Program-made: the position numbers and the translations under genes
DNA from: an uncultured bacterium
GTDB lineage: Bacteria > Planctomycetota > UBA1135 > GCA-002686595
DNA length: 64,000 nucleotides
Assembly: GCA_943787795.1 (NCBI GenBank)
Contig: CALSNU010000006.1
Span: forward strand, 448,001 to 512,000
Direction of reading: 5' to 3'
Notes under the pieces: generated by a model
Told to the model about the DNA's origin: nothing
Database searches by the model: none
The model's input: only the letters and a program-made list of their open reading frames with translations
Shown here: positions 52,725 through 63,238 of the stretch, piece after piece
How positions within the stretch are numbered: position 1 is the first letter of the stretch
Layout: the number at the start of each line of letters is the position of its first letter

Positions 52725-54482
52725 TCAGATGCGCGCCTGGAGCGTGTAGAGGCGGTGGTAGCGCCCCTCCTGCGCCATAAGATCGCCGTGCCGTCCGCGC
52801 TCCACCACCTCCCCGTCCTCGATGACGAGGATGAGGTCCGCCCGCTGGATCGTCGAGAGCCGGTGCGCGATGACCAGGGTCGTGCGGCCCGCGAGCAGCT
52901 CGCCGAGGGACTCCTGGATGAAGGACTCGCTCTCCGTATCGAGGCTGCTGGTGGCCTCGTCGAGGAGCAGCACCCGCGGGTCAGCCAGCAACGCCCTCGC
53001 GATCGTCACACGCTGCTTCTGCCCGCCAGAGAGCTTCACCCCGCGCTCCCCGATGATCGTGTCGAGGCCCTCCGGCATCCGGTCCGCGAACTCGGTCACG
53101 TGAGCGCGCCGCGCCGCCTCTACGACCTCCTCGTCGCTGGCGTCCGGCCGGGCGAAGAGCAGGTTCTCGCGGATCGTCCCGTCGAACAGGAACTCATCCT
53201 GCAGCACGAGGCCGAGCTGACTCCGGTAGCTCGCGAGCTCCACCGTTCGCAGGTCGACGCCGTCTACGAGGACGCGCCCTGCATCAGGGGACAGGAACGA
53301 CACGGCGATGGACGCGAGGGTGGACTTGCCGGAGCCAGAGCTCCCCACCAGCGCCACCACCTCGCCCGGTTGGACCTCGAAGTCGATGCCCTTGAGGACG
53401 GGCTCCCCCTCCTCGTAGGCGAAGCTCACGTCTTCGAAGCGCAGGTGCCCGCTGATTCGAGGCATGACCTCCACACGCAGGGGGTCGTCATCCTCGCCAG
53501 GCTGCTGCAGCAGCTCGGCCGTGCGATCGAGCCCGGCGAAGGCCTCGGTCATCTGGGTGCCGATGTTCGCCATCTGGATGATGGGCCCGATCAGCAGCGC
53601 GAGGAACAGGGTGAAGCTGAACAGCTCACCGACTGTCATCTGCTCCGACAGGATCTCCCGCCCTCCGTAGCCGAGGATCACCACGCTGGCGACCCCCACA
53701 AAGAAGGTGCCCAGGGAGGTCACCGCCGCGGTCGTGGTGAGGGTCGACCTGACGTTCTCGAAGATGCGCATCACCCCGGCGCGGAAGATGTCGTTCTCCC
53801 GGGCGAGGGCGTGGAAGCCCTTGATGATGCGGATCCCCCCGAGGGACTCCGTCAGGCGTCCGGTGACCTCGGCCTGGAGCTTCCCGCGCTCCCTGAAGGC
53901 CGGGCGCAGCCGCTTGAACGCCAGAGACGACACCACAGCGAACAGCGCCATGGGGACCAGGGCGAGCGCCGTCATGGCCACGTTGATCTTGAGCAGGAAC
54001 ACCATGGCGATGATCGCCGTCAGGATCCCGCCCACCAGCTGCACCAGCCCCGTGCCCACGAGGTTGCGCACGCCCTCCACGTCGTTCATCACCCGCGAGA
54101 CGAGCTCTCCGGAGCGCGTGTCCTCGAAGCGCCGCACCGGGAGGCCGAGCACATGCTCATGCACCTCCGCGCGCAGCTCGGCGATGAGCAGCTGCGCCTC
54201 GACGCTCAGGAGCTTGGTCAAGGTGAACGACGAGATCGCCTGGATGGAGGTGGCCGCCACCAGCCCCAGCAGGATGGGCATCAGGAGCCCCTCGGCCCCG
54301 CCAGCCAGCACGTCGTCGATCAGGTAGCGGGTCGACGCCGGCAGCACCATCCCCGAGGCGCGGTTGACGGCGATCAGCACCAGGCCGAGCAGCACGAGGC
54401 GTCGCCTGGGCCAGATGATCTTTCGGAAGGCCTCCCTGAGGCTCGAGGCGCTGATCTTCTTCTTGTTTCCTTGGGGCTTCAT
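52725..54482 (-). CDS. ABC exporter, fused permease/ATPase (MsbA/MdlB-like)
   Basis: From ATG 54482: a TM domain, GSSGSGKST, LSGGQKQR, LDEATSSLD and IAHRLST. Confidence 0.95.
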   Translation of the reverse strand: MKPQGNKKKISASSLREAFRKIIWPRRRLVLLGLVLIAVNRASGMVLPASTRYLIDDVLAGGAEGLLMPILLGLVAATSIQAISSFTLTKLLSVEAQLLIAELRAEVHEHVLGLPVRRFEDTRSGELVSRVMNDVEGVRNLVGTGLVQLVGGILTAIIAMVFLLKINVAMTALALVPMALFAVVSSLAFKRLRPAFRERGKLQAEVTGRLTESLGGIRIIKGFHALARENDIFRAGVMRIFENVRSTLTTTAAVTSLGTFFVGVASVVILGYGGREILSEQMTVGELFSFTLFLALLIGPIIQMANIGTQMTEAFAGLDRTAELLQQPGEDDDPLRVEVMPRISGHLRFEDVSFAYEEGEPVLKGIDFEVQPGEVVALVGSSGSGKSTLASIAVSFLSPDAGRVLVDGVDLRTVELASYRSQLGLVLQDEFLFDGTIRENLLFARPDASDEEVVEAARRAHVTEFADRMPEGLDTIIGERGVKLSGGQKQRVTIARALLADPRVLLLDEATSSLDTESESFIQESLGELLAGRTTLVIAHRLSTIQRADLILVIEDGEVVERGRHGDLMAQEGRYHRLYTLQARI

Positions 54483-54735
54483 GGGGCGGCGGAAGCCTAA
54501 CAGCGCGCCCGCCCCGCCGGGGCTAGACTCCGTGCCCATGCCCTCGCCCAGCCACGATCCCCGCGCCGCCTTCCCCGGCGACGCGGCCCCCAGCGACGCG
54601 GCCTCCCGGCCCGGCGATCGAGCACCCGGCAATAAGGTTCACCCAGGTCGTGGGGCGGCGGGCTCCGAAGACCCCTCAGCCGAGGAACCTGAGGCGACGG
54701 GCGCCGCGACGTCTGAGGCAGAGCGAGGCGATCAC

Positions 54736-55488
54736 GTGACGCGTGACCTCCCGAGCGACCGGGTCGAGGTCTGGGTCCTGAGCCCCGAGGACTTCGGGCA
54801 ACAGGACGCACGGGCCGACCACGCCCACCTCTTGTCCGCCGCGGAGCAGGCCCGCCACGCCCGCTTCCACGGAGACCGCCTGCGGCACGACTTCCTCATG
54901 GCCCGCGCCCTCGTGCGACGCACGCTCTCCCGCTACGAGGACGTACCACCGGAGGACTGGAGCTTCGAGATTGGCTCCCACGGCAAGCCCTCCGTCGCCG
55001 CCAGCCACGGCAGCCGCCTGCGCTTCAACCTCTCTCACACCCGGGGCCTGATCGCCTGCGCGGTGCGGCTCGACGAGGAGGTGGGGCTCGACGTGGAGAC
55101 GAGCGCGCGCCGCAACGACATCGTGCGCATCGCCGACCGCTTCTTCTCGGCCGAGGAGGTCCGCGCCCTCCACGCGCTCCCCGTCGCCGAACACCGCGCG
55201 CGCTTCTTCACCTACTGGGCCCTCAAGGAGGCCTACATCAAGGCCCGCGGCCTCGGCCTCGCCATTCCCCTCGGCGCGTTCACCTTCCGCCTGGACTCCG
55301 CGGGACCGATCGAGATCGCCCTCGACCAGCGCATCACCGAGGATCCCGGCGGCTGGCGCTTCCATCACCGCTGGGCCACGGACGTCCACAGCCTCGCCGT
55401 CGCCACCCCGCGCTCGACGGCGAGCCTCGAGGTCCACCTCCAATGCGCACGGGGACTGGTCGCGGGCATGGACGGAGACCCGGCGTGA
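54736..55488 (+). CDS. Sfp/HetI-type 4'-phosphopantetheinyl transferase (start uncertain; ATG 54538 possible)
   Basis: GKP, FNLSHT, VGLDVE and FFTYWALKEAYIKARGLGL. Confidence 0.93.
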   Translation: MTRDLPSDRVEVWVLSPEDFGQQDARADHAHLLSAAEQARHARFHGDRLRHDFLMARALVRRTLSRYEDVPPEDWSFEIGSHGKPSVAASHGSRLRFNLSHTRGLIACAVRLDEEVGLDVETSARRNDIVRIADRFFSAEEVRALHALPVAEHRARFFTYWALKEAYIKARGLGLAIPLGAFTFRLDSAGPIEIALDQRITEDPGGWRFHHRWATDVHSLAVATPRSTASLEVHLQCARGLVAGMDGDPA

Positions 55489-55695
55489 TCTCCACAGCCG
55501 GGCTCGGCCCCGCGCCCGCGGCAGGCCCCGCCGCAGGCTCCGCCTCCGCAGGGCTAGAGGCCGGGCCACGGGGCGCAGCGAGCGACCACCGCGAGCCCCG
55601 CTGAACCGAGCCGCGGGCCCAACGTCCGGCCGGCTTCAGAGCGCAGGCCATCACGTCAAGGCACGGCACCGCGACCCGTCAACGAGCGATTGAGG

Positions 55696-57255
55696 TCAAC
55701 GGATCTTCTCGTCGGGGAGGGCGGTGCCGATTCCCTGGTCGAGTGGCATCGGGTCGCCCTCGGGCGAGATGCCGACGGCCTTCATGGCTCGCTCCAGGCG
55801 CGCCTGCATGTCCTGCGCGGCGGCCGCGAAGGCGGGGTCGGCGATGAGGTTGTGGCGCTCGGCGGGGTCGGACTGGAGGTCGTAGAGCTCCGCCATGTGC
55901 CGATCCGGGCCGCCGTCGCCGTGCGGATAGCGGATGTACTTGAAGCGATCCCCGCGCACGGCGCGCACGTTGGGCGTGTAGGGGAACTGCTTCTCGTAGT
56001 TGTAGTGGTAGAGCCACTCCGTGCGCCACGCGGGCGGCGCCGCCGAGATCAGCGGACGGACCGACCGACCGTGAATGGCCTCCATCGGCTCCGCGCCGGC
56101 CGCGTCGAGGAGGGTGGGCGCCAGGTCGGTGGTCAGGACCTGCTGAGGGATGCGGATCGGCCCGGTGTCCTGGGTCCAGGCCGGATAGCGGATCAGCATC
56201 GGCACGCGGATGCTCGCCTCGTGGGCCGTGCGCTTGTCGACCATGCCGTGCTCTCCCTCGAGGAGGCCGTTGTCCCCGAGGAACACGATCATCGTGTTGT
56301 CCAGCTCGCCGGACTCCTCCAGGAAGTCGAGCAGTCGCCCGACGCTATCGTCCACCGAGAGAATGGTCCCCCAGTACGCCCGCACCATGCGGGCGAAGTC
56401 CACCACGCCGCGCGCCGTGTCGTCGGGGAACTCCTTTCGCCAGTCGAAGAGTGGTCCGTAGATCCCATGCCACGTGGAGAGACGCTGCGTGATCCACTCC
56501 GGCTTCGAGGAGAGGTCGAAGGAGGAGTGCGGGTAGCCGACCTCCACGTGGTCGAAGGCGTGGGCGTACTTCTCCTCCGGGAAGTAGAAGCTGTGGGGTG
56601 CCTTCTGGCCGATCATCAGCATGAACGGCGCCCCGCTCTCCTCGGCCGCGCGCTGCTGGGCCGAGATCCAGGCCAGCGACATGTCGGTGACCACCGTCGT
56701 GTAGTAACCCGGCACCACGCGGCGACCGGCCCCATTGAAGTTGAACTCGGTGTCGAAGTACTTCCCCTGCCCCTTGTGGGTCACGAAGTGATCGAAGCCC
56801 GGTCGGGGCTCGTCGCTCCCCTCCCCCATGTGCCACTTCCCGATATAGGCCGTCTCGTACCCCGCCTGCTGTAGCCGGCGGGGGAAGCTGTCGAGGTCGA
56901 CGGGGTAGTCGGTGAAGTTGTTGGTCACGCCATGGGCGTGGGCGTAGAGCCCGCTCAGGAGCGTGGCCCGGCTCGGCGAGCACAGGCTCGTCGTGCAGAA
57001 CATGTTCTCGAAGTAGATGCCCTCGCTCGCCAGCCGATCGATGTTGGGCGTCTCGAGGTGCGGGTGGCCGGCACACGAGAGAGCGTCCCAGCGGATGTCG
57101 TCGCAGAGCATGACGATCACGTTCGGCCGCTCTGGCTCGGCGCTCGCTTGGCCGAGGCAGGGGCTCGCCAGCATGGAGAACGCCAGCGCGGAGGCGGCCA
57201 AGAGAACGAGCGGCCGGAGCTGGAGCGGGCGAGGCTGAAGTCGGTGGTCTGACAT
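55696..57255 (-). CDS. Secreted formylglycine-dependent sulfatase (GlcNAc-6-sulfatase-like)
   Basis: [41 protein letters not shown] and [11 protein letters not shown]; signal peptide. Confidence 0.95.
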   Translation of the reverse strand: MSDHRLQPRPLQLRPLVLLAASALAFSMLASPCLGQASAEPERPNVIVMLCDDIRWDALSCAGHPHLETPNIDRLASEGIYFENMFCTTSLCSPSRATLLSGLYAHAHGVTNNFTDYPVDLDSFPRRLQQAGYETAYIGKWHMGEGSDEPRPGFDHFVTHKGQGKYFDTEFNFNGAGRRVVPGYYTTVVTDMSLAWISAQQRAAEESGAPFMLMIGQKAPHSFYFPEEKYAHAFDHVEVGYPHSSFDLSSKPEWITQRLSTWHGIYGPLFDWRKEFPDDTARGVVDFARMVRAYWGTILSVDDSVGRLLDFLEESGELDNTMIVFLGDNGLLEGEHGMVDKRTAHEASIRVPMLIRYPAWTQDTGPIRIPQQVLTTDLAPTLLDAAGAEPMEAIHGRSVRPLISAAPPAWRTEWLYHYNYEKQFPYTPNVRAVRGDRFKYIRYPHGDGGPDRHMAELYDLQSDPAERHNLIADPAFAAAAQDMQARLERAMKAVGISPEGDPMPLDQGIGTALPDEKIR

Positions 57256-57280
57256 GTCGTGCGGGGCAGTGGTTCCCCAG

Positions 57281-57345
57281 GCCTGATGCAAAGGGGCCTG
57301 ATGCAAAGGGGCCTGATGCAAAGGGGCCTGATGCAAGGGGGCCTC
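57281..57345. repeat. 15-bp tandem repeat GCCTGATGCAAAGGG, 4 units
   Basis: Read directly from the sequence, just upstream of the sulfatase start. It produces the HQAPL x4 N-terminus in the ORF track. Confidence 0.95.
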
Positions 57346-57511
57346 AGGAGAGGGAGCCCGAGGAGAGGGGGCGGGCGCTCCAAGCTAACAGCCCCCCCCG
57401 AGCCGTGGGCGGGAACAGGCCACCGCGCCCCTCGCCAACGCGCCCAGTGGCCGTGACAAGACCACAGGCCTTCCCGGGCATCGACTACGGTTCTGTGCTG
57501 AGGCTCACGCC

Positions 57512-58244
57512 ATGGAATCAAGTCAACCGCAGAAGCGATGGGTGCACGGCAGGAGCGAGCCCTTCGTCATGATGGCGTGGCAGTTGTCCCTGCTGCTGGC
57601 GCTCAGGAACATCGTCGCGCACCGGTCGACCGAGGGCGTCCACAGCGACCTCCATCACGCGGCCAGCACGGTCCTCACCAAGATCGCGCCCGTCGCGGTC
57701 CCGATCTTTCTCCTGCTGGTCGGATCGGCCTTCGCCCTTCGCTGGATGGGGAAACGGGACCGCGTGGTCCTTGACGTTCTAGGCTGCTCGCTCATCCTGC
57801 GGACCATCGCGGGCTTCATCGCGCTCAAGGTCCTCATCCTGAATCCCCTCCAGGGGGACTCGCTCCTGCTGCGCCAGTTTCTCTACTTCATGCCCTCGCT
57901 GATGATCGGCTGGGGCTGGATCTACTGGCGGCTGGATCTACTGGCGGCTGGATCTACTGGCGGCTGGATCTACTGGCGGCTGGATCAGGCCGCGCGCCTC
58001 AAGGGCAAGCAGCTGCTGCTCTTCCCTGAAGATCTCGATCGCGGCGAGGTGCCGAGGGAGCCCCTCCGGGCCTTCGACGACGACTACCACTCGGCGATGG
58101 TGGCCTTTATCTTCGAGGTCAGCAAGGTGGACCCGTTGAACCGGCCAATGAATGAAGTTCCTCTTCCTCATCAACGCGGCGATGATGCTCGACCTGGTGG
58201 GTCTCGTCCTGACCCAGGCCATCGGACTGGCGAGCGGGAGCTGA
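57512..58244 (+). pseudogene. DUF1345-like membrane protein disrupted by a 4-nt duplication and carrying a 16-bp repeat expansion
   Basis: GWIYWRLD...LLFP...AFDDDYHS...FEVSKVDPLNRPM, continuing in another frame as KFLFLINAAMMLDLVGLVLTQAIGLASGS* (TGA 58242-58244). AATG is duplicated at 58147-58154. Confidence 0.62.
57914..57986 (+). repeat. 16-bp perfect intragenic tandem repeat GGCTGGATCTACTGGC, 4 units plus 9 nt
   Basis: Units start at 57914, 57930, 57946 and 57962, with a partial unit at 57978. Confidence 0.97.
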
Positions 58245-58486
58245 CCGGAGGCGTCGCCACCCCTTCGGGCCTCGACCCGCTGCGCCGCGGGCTCAGCCGC
58301 CGGCCAGGAGATGCGCGAGCGACGACTCACGCTCAGGCACAGCCCCACCCGCACCATGAAGCACCTCGCCTACGCCCAACGTGTCCCAAGGTTCGGCGGC
58401 GTAGGCGCGAACATGGCGGTGCCCGCTGACCCCAGGAGGCCGAAGCGCGCTTCCCTTCTGCTGGAGAGCCTGGCCGGAGTGTCGAC

Positions 58487-60112
58487 GTGAAGGCGCTCTG
58501 GATCACCTTCATCGCGGTCGCCACCTTCGGGTCGCTGTACCCCTTTGACTTCGACCTCGCGGGGCCCCCTGGTGGCCTGTTCAGGGCCCTGATCGACGCC
58601 GCGTCGGCCAGCACCAGCCGCGGAGATGTGGCGGGCAACTTCATCCTGTTCCTGCCGATCGGCTTGTTCAGCATGCTGGCCATGGACCCGCGCCACGGGG
58701 CCTGGGCTCGCTTCCTGCGCGCGGGCGCGATCTCTGTCGCCGTTGCGGCCGCCCTCCAGCTCCTCCAGCTCTTCCTTCCGTCGCGCGACGCGAGCCTCGC
58801 GGACGTGGTCTGGAATGCCGCGGGGCAGGCCGCAGGGGCCGCGCTCGCTGTGCTCGCTGCGCTCAGCCAGCGGGAGACCTCCCCCATGAGGAGGCGACTG
58901 GGTCGCGCGGCCCTGTTGCCGCTGGCCCTCATCGCCGCCTGGCTGGCTTATCGCCTGGTGCCCTACGTGCCGTCGATCGACCTGCAGGCCTTCAAGGACA
59001 GCCTGAAGCCGATCCTCAACGACCCGCTCGACCCGCTGGCGTGCAGCCGGGATGCAGCGGGGTGGACGCTCACGGCGTTCCTGCTCCGCGAGGCGTGGTC
59101 CGGCGCCCGCATCGATCGCTTCCTCCCGCTCCTGCTGGCCTCGGTCTTCGCGCTGGAGATCCTGATCGTCTCCAACGGGATCGACCGCGCGGACCTTGTG
59201 GGAGCGGCCGTCGCGACGGCCCTCTGGTTCGGGGCGCTGGGGCGCATGCCGAGGCCGGAGTGGGCCCTACTGGCGCTCCTTGCGGGCACGATCGCCGTGG
59301 GCGGGCTCTCGCCGCTCACCGTGCGAGCCGAGGTCGCGCCCTTCCAGTGGATGCCCTTCAGCGGGTTCCTGGGGGGATCGATGTACCTGAACGCTCAGTC
59401 CGCGCTGGAGAAGACGTTCCTCTACGGCAGCCTCGTCTTCCTCGCGCAGCGGGTGCTGCGCGGCCGGACGCGCGGAACCGTCGTCGCCATGGCCTTCGTG
59501 GGCCTGATCGAGGTCTCGCAGACCAGGCTCATCGACCACAGCCCGGAGATCACCGACCCGCTCCTCGTCCTGCTGGCCTCCCTGGCCATCTTCATCCTCG
59601 AGCGGGAGGACGCGGCGCGGGCCGCCGCCCCACCGGCGGTCCAGCCTCCGGGCCCGAAGCCTGAGGCGACCGCCCCGCTCGCCGCGGCGATCAGACCGCC
59701 CCGAGCGCGGCGCCAACAGATCCACGCCACGCCCGACTGGGCTTCGCTGGACCTGACGTTGCCGCCCAGTCAACACGAACAGCTCGCTCAGCTTGCGGAG
59801 AGCCGGGGCGTGAGCGTCGCCGGCACCGCCACGCAGGTGATCACCCACTCGCTGGAGAGGGGAAGCCTCGGCGCCAAGCGGGAGCCCCCTGGCCTCGATG
59901 CACCCAGCGCCAGATCCGCACAAGCAGGACCTGCCGATGCGTCCCCCGGCGCCAGAGAAGGCCAGGGAGCTGGGGGCTCGATCGCGATCACCGTCCGCCT
60001 GCGGAAGGACCACCTCGAGAGCCTCACCCGACTCGCTGAAGGCGCTGGGGTGAGCGCGTCGGAGGTGGCCGGCGCGATGATCGAAGCCGCGCGCGCCCGC
60101 GCCGACCGCTGA
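58487..60112 (+). CDS. VanZ-family multi-pass membrane protein with two C-terminal ribbon-helix-helix-like domains
   Basis: GSLYPFDF, DVAGNFILFLPIG, LQLFLPSRDASLADVVWN and a second VanZ-like unit (IEVSQ...EITD), followed by two strand-helix-helix-like segments. Confidence 0.8.
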   Translation: MKALWITFIAVATFGSLYPFDFDLAGPPGGLFRALIDAASASTSRGDVAGNFILFLPIGLFSMLAMDPRHGAWARFLRAGAISVAVAAALQLLQLFLPSRDASLADVVWNAAGQAAGAALAVLAALSQRETSPMRRRLGRAALLPLALIAAWLAYRLVPYVPSIDLQAFKDSLKPILNDPLDPLACSRDAAGWTLTAFLLREAWSGARIDRFLPLLLASVFALEILIVSNGIDRADLVGAAVATALWFGALGRMPRPEWALLALLAGTIAVGGLSPLTVRAEVAPFQWMPFSGFLGGSMYLNAQSALEKTFLYGSLVFLAQRVLRGRTRGTVVAMAFVGLIEVSQTRLIDHSPEITDPLLVLLASLAIFILEREDAARAAAPPAVQPPGPKPEATAPLAAAIRPPRARRQQIHATPDWASLDLTLPPSQHEQLAQLAESRGVSVAGTATQVITHSLERGSLGAKREPPGLDAPSARSAQAGPADASPGAREGQGAGGSIAITVRLRKDHLESLTRLAEGAGVSASEVAGAMIEAARARADR

Positions 60113-60375
60113 CTCTGCGGGCACCGGTGGCCGTTCCCGGGAGTGAGCGGCAGCTCGACACCAAGAAGACCCAGGAATGGGCAGGGTCCGGATGACCGGC
60201 TCACCCGGACTCGACCTCCTCGAGGAAGGGCGCGCAACGGCGGACCCCCTGTCCTCCGACCCGTGGAGCCCAAGCAGCCGCCCTGGAACTTGACCGTGCA
60301 TTCGCAGGACCCGCCGCCCTCTTGAGCGCTACGCTCGGGTTGAGCGATCCGGCGAGCCCTGCCCTCCCGAGCGCC

Positions 60376-61533
60376 ATGACCATGGAAGACCCCAAGATGC
60401 CCCCCCGCATGCAGATCGGCGAGGGCCGGATCAGCGGCGCCGTCTCGATCGTCTTCGGCGCTATCGCCCTGGGCGGCGTGCTCTGCTTTCACTTCCCGGA
60501 GTTCCTCACGACGCCTGAGTTCAGGGCGCAATACGACGAGGGGGTCCTCCGCGGGATCCTCCTCGGCTGCATCTTCCTGACCTACGCCTGCGCGCTACGG
60601 AGCCTGATCGCCAACGCCAGCAAGCGCACGGGTCTCATCGGCGGGGCGCTGGCCACGGCCTCCCTGCTTCTGGGCGGCGCGGGCGTCGAGGTCGACGCGG
60701 TCCGGGAGACGGGCTTCTACCTGAGCCTCGACTGGCTGCTCCTGGACCTCATCGCCATGGCCCTGGTGTTCGTGCCGCTGGAGCTGTTCTTCCCGAAGCG
60801 CGCCGATCAGACCCGCTTCCACCCGGAGTGGCGCACCGACCTCGCCTACTTCGTCATGGCCCACCTGTTCGTCCAGGGCATCGCCGCCATGAGCGAGCGG
60901 CCGGTCCGGCTCTTCTTGACCGGCTTCGCGGACAGCCTGGACGCCCTTCGTGCGACGGTCGGAGGCCTCCCCTTCGCGCTGCAGCTCTTCCTGGCGCTGC
61001 TGACCACGGACCTCTTCCAGTACGCGCTCCACCGCACGTTCCACGCGGTGCCGCTGCTCTGGAGGTTCCACGCGGTCCACCACAGCACGCGGTCGATGGA
61101 CTGGCTCGCGGGCTCGCGCCAGCACCTCGTGGACGTCGTCGGAACGCGCATCTTCGTCTACCTGCCGCTCTTCGTCCTCGGATTCTCGCCAGGCGTTTTC
61201 TACACGTACGTCGGCATCGTCGCGATCCACGCCGTGCTCAACCACACGAACGTGCGCCTGCGCTACGGGCTGCTGGAGTGGCTCATCGTGTCCCCGCGAA
61301 TCCACCACTGGCACCACGCCCACGACCCCGCGGCGTACGACAAGAACTTCTGCGTCCACTTCTCCTGGATCGACCGCCTCTTCGGCACCTACTACGCGCC
61401 CGGGGACGAGTGGCCCGAGCGCACGGGCCTGGACGACGCCGCCTTCCCCACGGGCTTCCTCGCCCAGCAGGTCGACCCCTTCATCCGGGACCCCTTCGCC
61501 GGAGACCCCACCGGCCCCCGCTCGACCCGCTGA
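60376..61533 (+). CDS. Sterol desaturase / fatty acid hydroxylase family protein
   Basis: His boxes HRTFH, HAVHHS, NHTN and HHWHH; WIDRLFGTY. Confidence 0.92.
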   Translation: MTMEDPKMPPRMQIGEGRISGAVSIVFGAIALGGVLCFHFPEFLTTPEFRAQYDEGVLRGILLGCIFLTYACALRSLIANASKRTGLIGGALATASLLLGGAGVEVDAVRETGFYLSLDWLLLDLIAMALVFVPLELFFPKRADQTRFHPEWRTDLAYFVMAHLFVQGIAAMSERPVRLFLTGFADSLDALRATVGGLPFALQLFLALLTTDLFQYALHRTFHAVPLLWRFHAVHHSTRSMDWLAGSRQHLVDVVGTRIFVYLPLFVLGFSPGVFYTYVGIVAIHAVLNHTNVRLRYGLLEWLIVSPRIHHWHHAHDPAAYDKNFCVHFSWIDRLFGTYYAPGDEWPERTGLDDAAFPTGFLAQQVDPFIRDPFAGDPTGPRSTR

Positions 61534-61560
61534 CGGCCGCGGCGCGCGACGCCCCGGGCG

Positions 61561-62991
61561 TCAGTCGCCCAGCACGCGATCCAGCCACTGGAAGGCCGCC
61601 GGGAGCGCCTCGGCGACGATCAGGAGGTGCTCGGTGCCCGGCTCGATCACGAGGCGCCGGTCGGCCTCGCCGCTGCCCTCGAGGGAGGCGTGGAGCGCCT
61701 CGACCCCGGAGCGCCCGAAGTCACGCTCCCCGGCGGTGGCGTAGAGCGGGACCGCGGACCAGGGCGCGGGGTCCCGCTGGGAGCTGCCGCCGCCCATGGC
61801 CACGAAGGCGCGGTAGGCCTCAGGGCGCTTGGACACGAGGCGCTGCCCGACGCCCGCGCCCATCGAGTGCCCCATGAGCAAGACCCGCTCCCGGTCGAAG
61901 GCCAGGCGCTCCTCCAGGCCGTCCAGGACGGCCTCCGCAGAGGTCCCCAGCGGGCTCACTCGAGGGGCCACCATGAGCCACCCGCGCTCCTCGCAGAGCC
62001 GCGCCGCGAGGCCAGCGCCGTAGGCGTCGAAGAACATGTTCTCGCTGCCCCCCATCCCGTGGAGGGCGACCACGATGGGCCCGGGGCGCGCGGGGTCGTA
62101 GCTCGACGGAACGAGGAGTCGAACCGACGCGGCCCGTCGCCCCACGGGCACCGAGAGCCAGTGCTGTCCCCGAGCCTCGGCGCCGAACCAGGGCTCCCCC
62201 TTCGCCGCCGCGGCGGACATGGCCTCGGCCTCGACCAGCAGTCGCGCGGCGGGGAAGTCCGTCTCCTCCGTGGAGCCCGCCGCGAGCGACTCCAGCAGCT
62301 TGAGCCGCGCCTTGAGGGTCCGGGCCTCCAGCGCGGGCGCCTCCTCGGAGAGCGGCTGCGCCAGGGCATCGAGCCGCTCCCGTACTCGGGGCACACGGGC
62401 CAGCGTGACGGCCCGCGCCACGGGCTCCCCGGCCCCGACACTCAGCGACACGTCGAGCACGAGGTCTCCCTCCGGCGCCCCGGTCGGGTCCGGCCACTGG
62501 AAGGTCACGGTCGTGGACGGGTCCGGGCCGAGCTGGACCTGCTCGGGTCCGACAAGGTGAACGCCCTCGCATCGCACCGCCACCGCGAGGGCCGACGCGG
62601 GCCTCTCGCCGTAGAGCCACCCGATCACCAGGTCGACTCCGGGCTCGGCGGCGTCGACGAGCCGGCGGCCGGGGTGCACCCTTGCCGCGTCCAGCGGGTG
62701 CACCGCGTCGCGGCCCTGGAGGGCGGCGAGGGCCTCCCCCATGGAGGCCCCCACGGCGGCGCTCTCGAACCGGAAGAAGCGCTGTACAGCCTCCTCGACG
62801 TGGGGCAGCGCCCGGCTGCGACGCTCGGGGTCGTCGGTGCCCATCCAGGCCTCCTCCACGGCGCGCGTCCGCCAGGCGAGCTCCGCCCGCAGCGCCGGGT
62901 CCTTCTCCACCGCCGGGCCAGGGTCGTTGGGAGGGGCGACGCTGACGCCGAGGGCGCCCAGCACGAGAGTCGGGAGGAGGAGGGTGATCAC
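61561..62991 (-). CDS. Secreted alpha/beta hydrolase (esterase/peptidase-like)
   Basis: From GTG 62991: signal peptide, VALHGMGGSE, nucleophile elbow GHSMGAG, GERD and terminal EH. Confidence 0.85.
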   Translation of the reverse strand: MITLLLPTLVLGALGVSVAPPNDPGPAVEKDPALRAELAWRTRAVEEAWMGTDDPERRSRALPHVEEAVQRFFRFESAAVGASMGEALAALQGRDAVHPLDAARVHPGRRLVDAAEPGVDLVIGWLYGERPASALAVAVRCEGVHLVGPEQVQLGPDPSTTVTFQWPDPTGAPEGDLVLDVSLSVGAGEPVARAVTLARVPRVRERLDALAQPLSEEAPALEARTLKARLKLLESLAAGSTEETDFPAARLLVEAEAMSAAAAKGEPWFGAEARGQHWLSVPVGRRAASVRLLVPSSYDPARPGPIVVALHGMGGSENMFFDAYGAGLAARLCEERGWLMVAPRVSPLGTSAEAVLDGLEERLAFDRERVLLMGHSMGAGVGQRLVSKRPEAYRAFVAMGGGSSQRDPAPWSAVPLYATAGERDFGRSGVEALHASLEGSGEADRRLVIEPGTEHLLIVAEALPAAFQWLDRVLGD

Positions 62992-63238
62992 GGCCCCATC
63001 CTGCGCCCCGGACGCCCCCCGGGGAAGGCTGCCTCGGCCGCAGCGGGCCGTCCACCTCCGTGGCCCGAGCGCGGAAGGTCCAAGTCCGGCGTGTTTCGGG
63101 GCAAGGACGTGGGCCCGAGGGGGCACCTTACAACCCCCGCATTCCGGCCCGATTCGCTGCAATGGACCGGCACCAGCACCGTACGGGTGCCATGACCCGC
63201 CGCGGCGGGTCACCCCATCCGCTTCCAGACGACCCGCC

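Noticed and set aside
57256..57336. HQAPL x4 N-terminal extension of the sulfatase
   Set aside because: It comes from the 15-bp repeat; ATG 57255 sits closer to the signal peptide.
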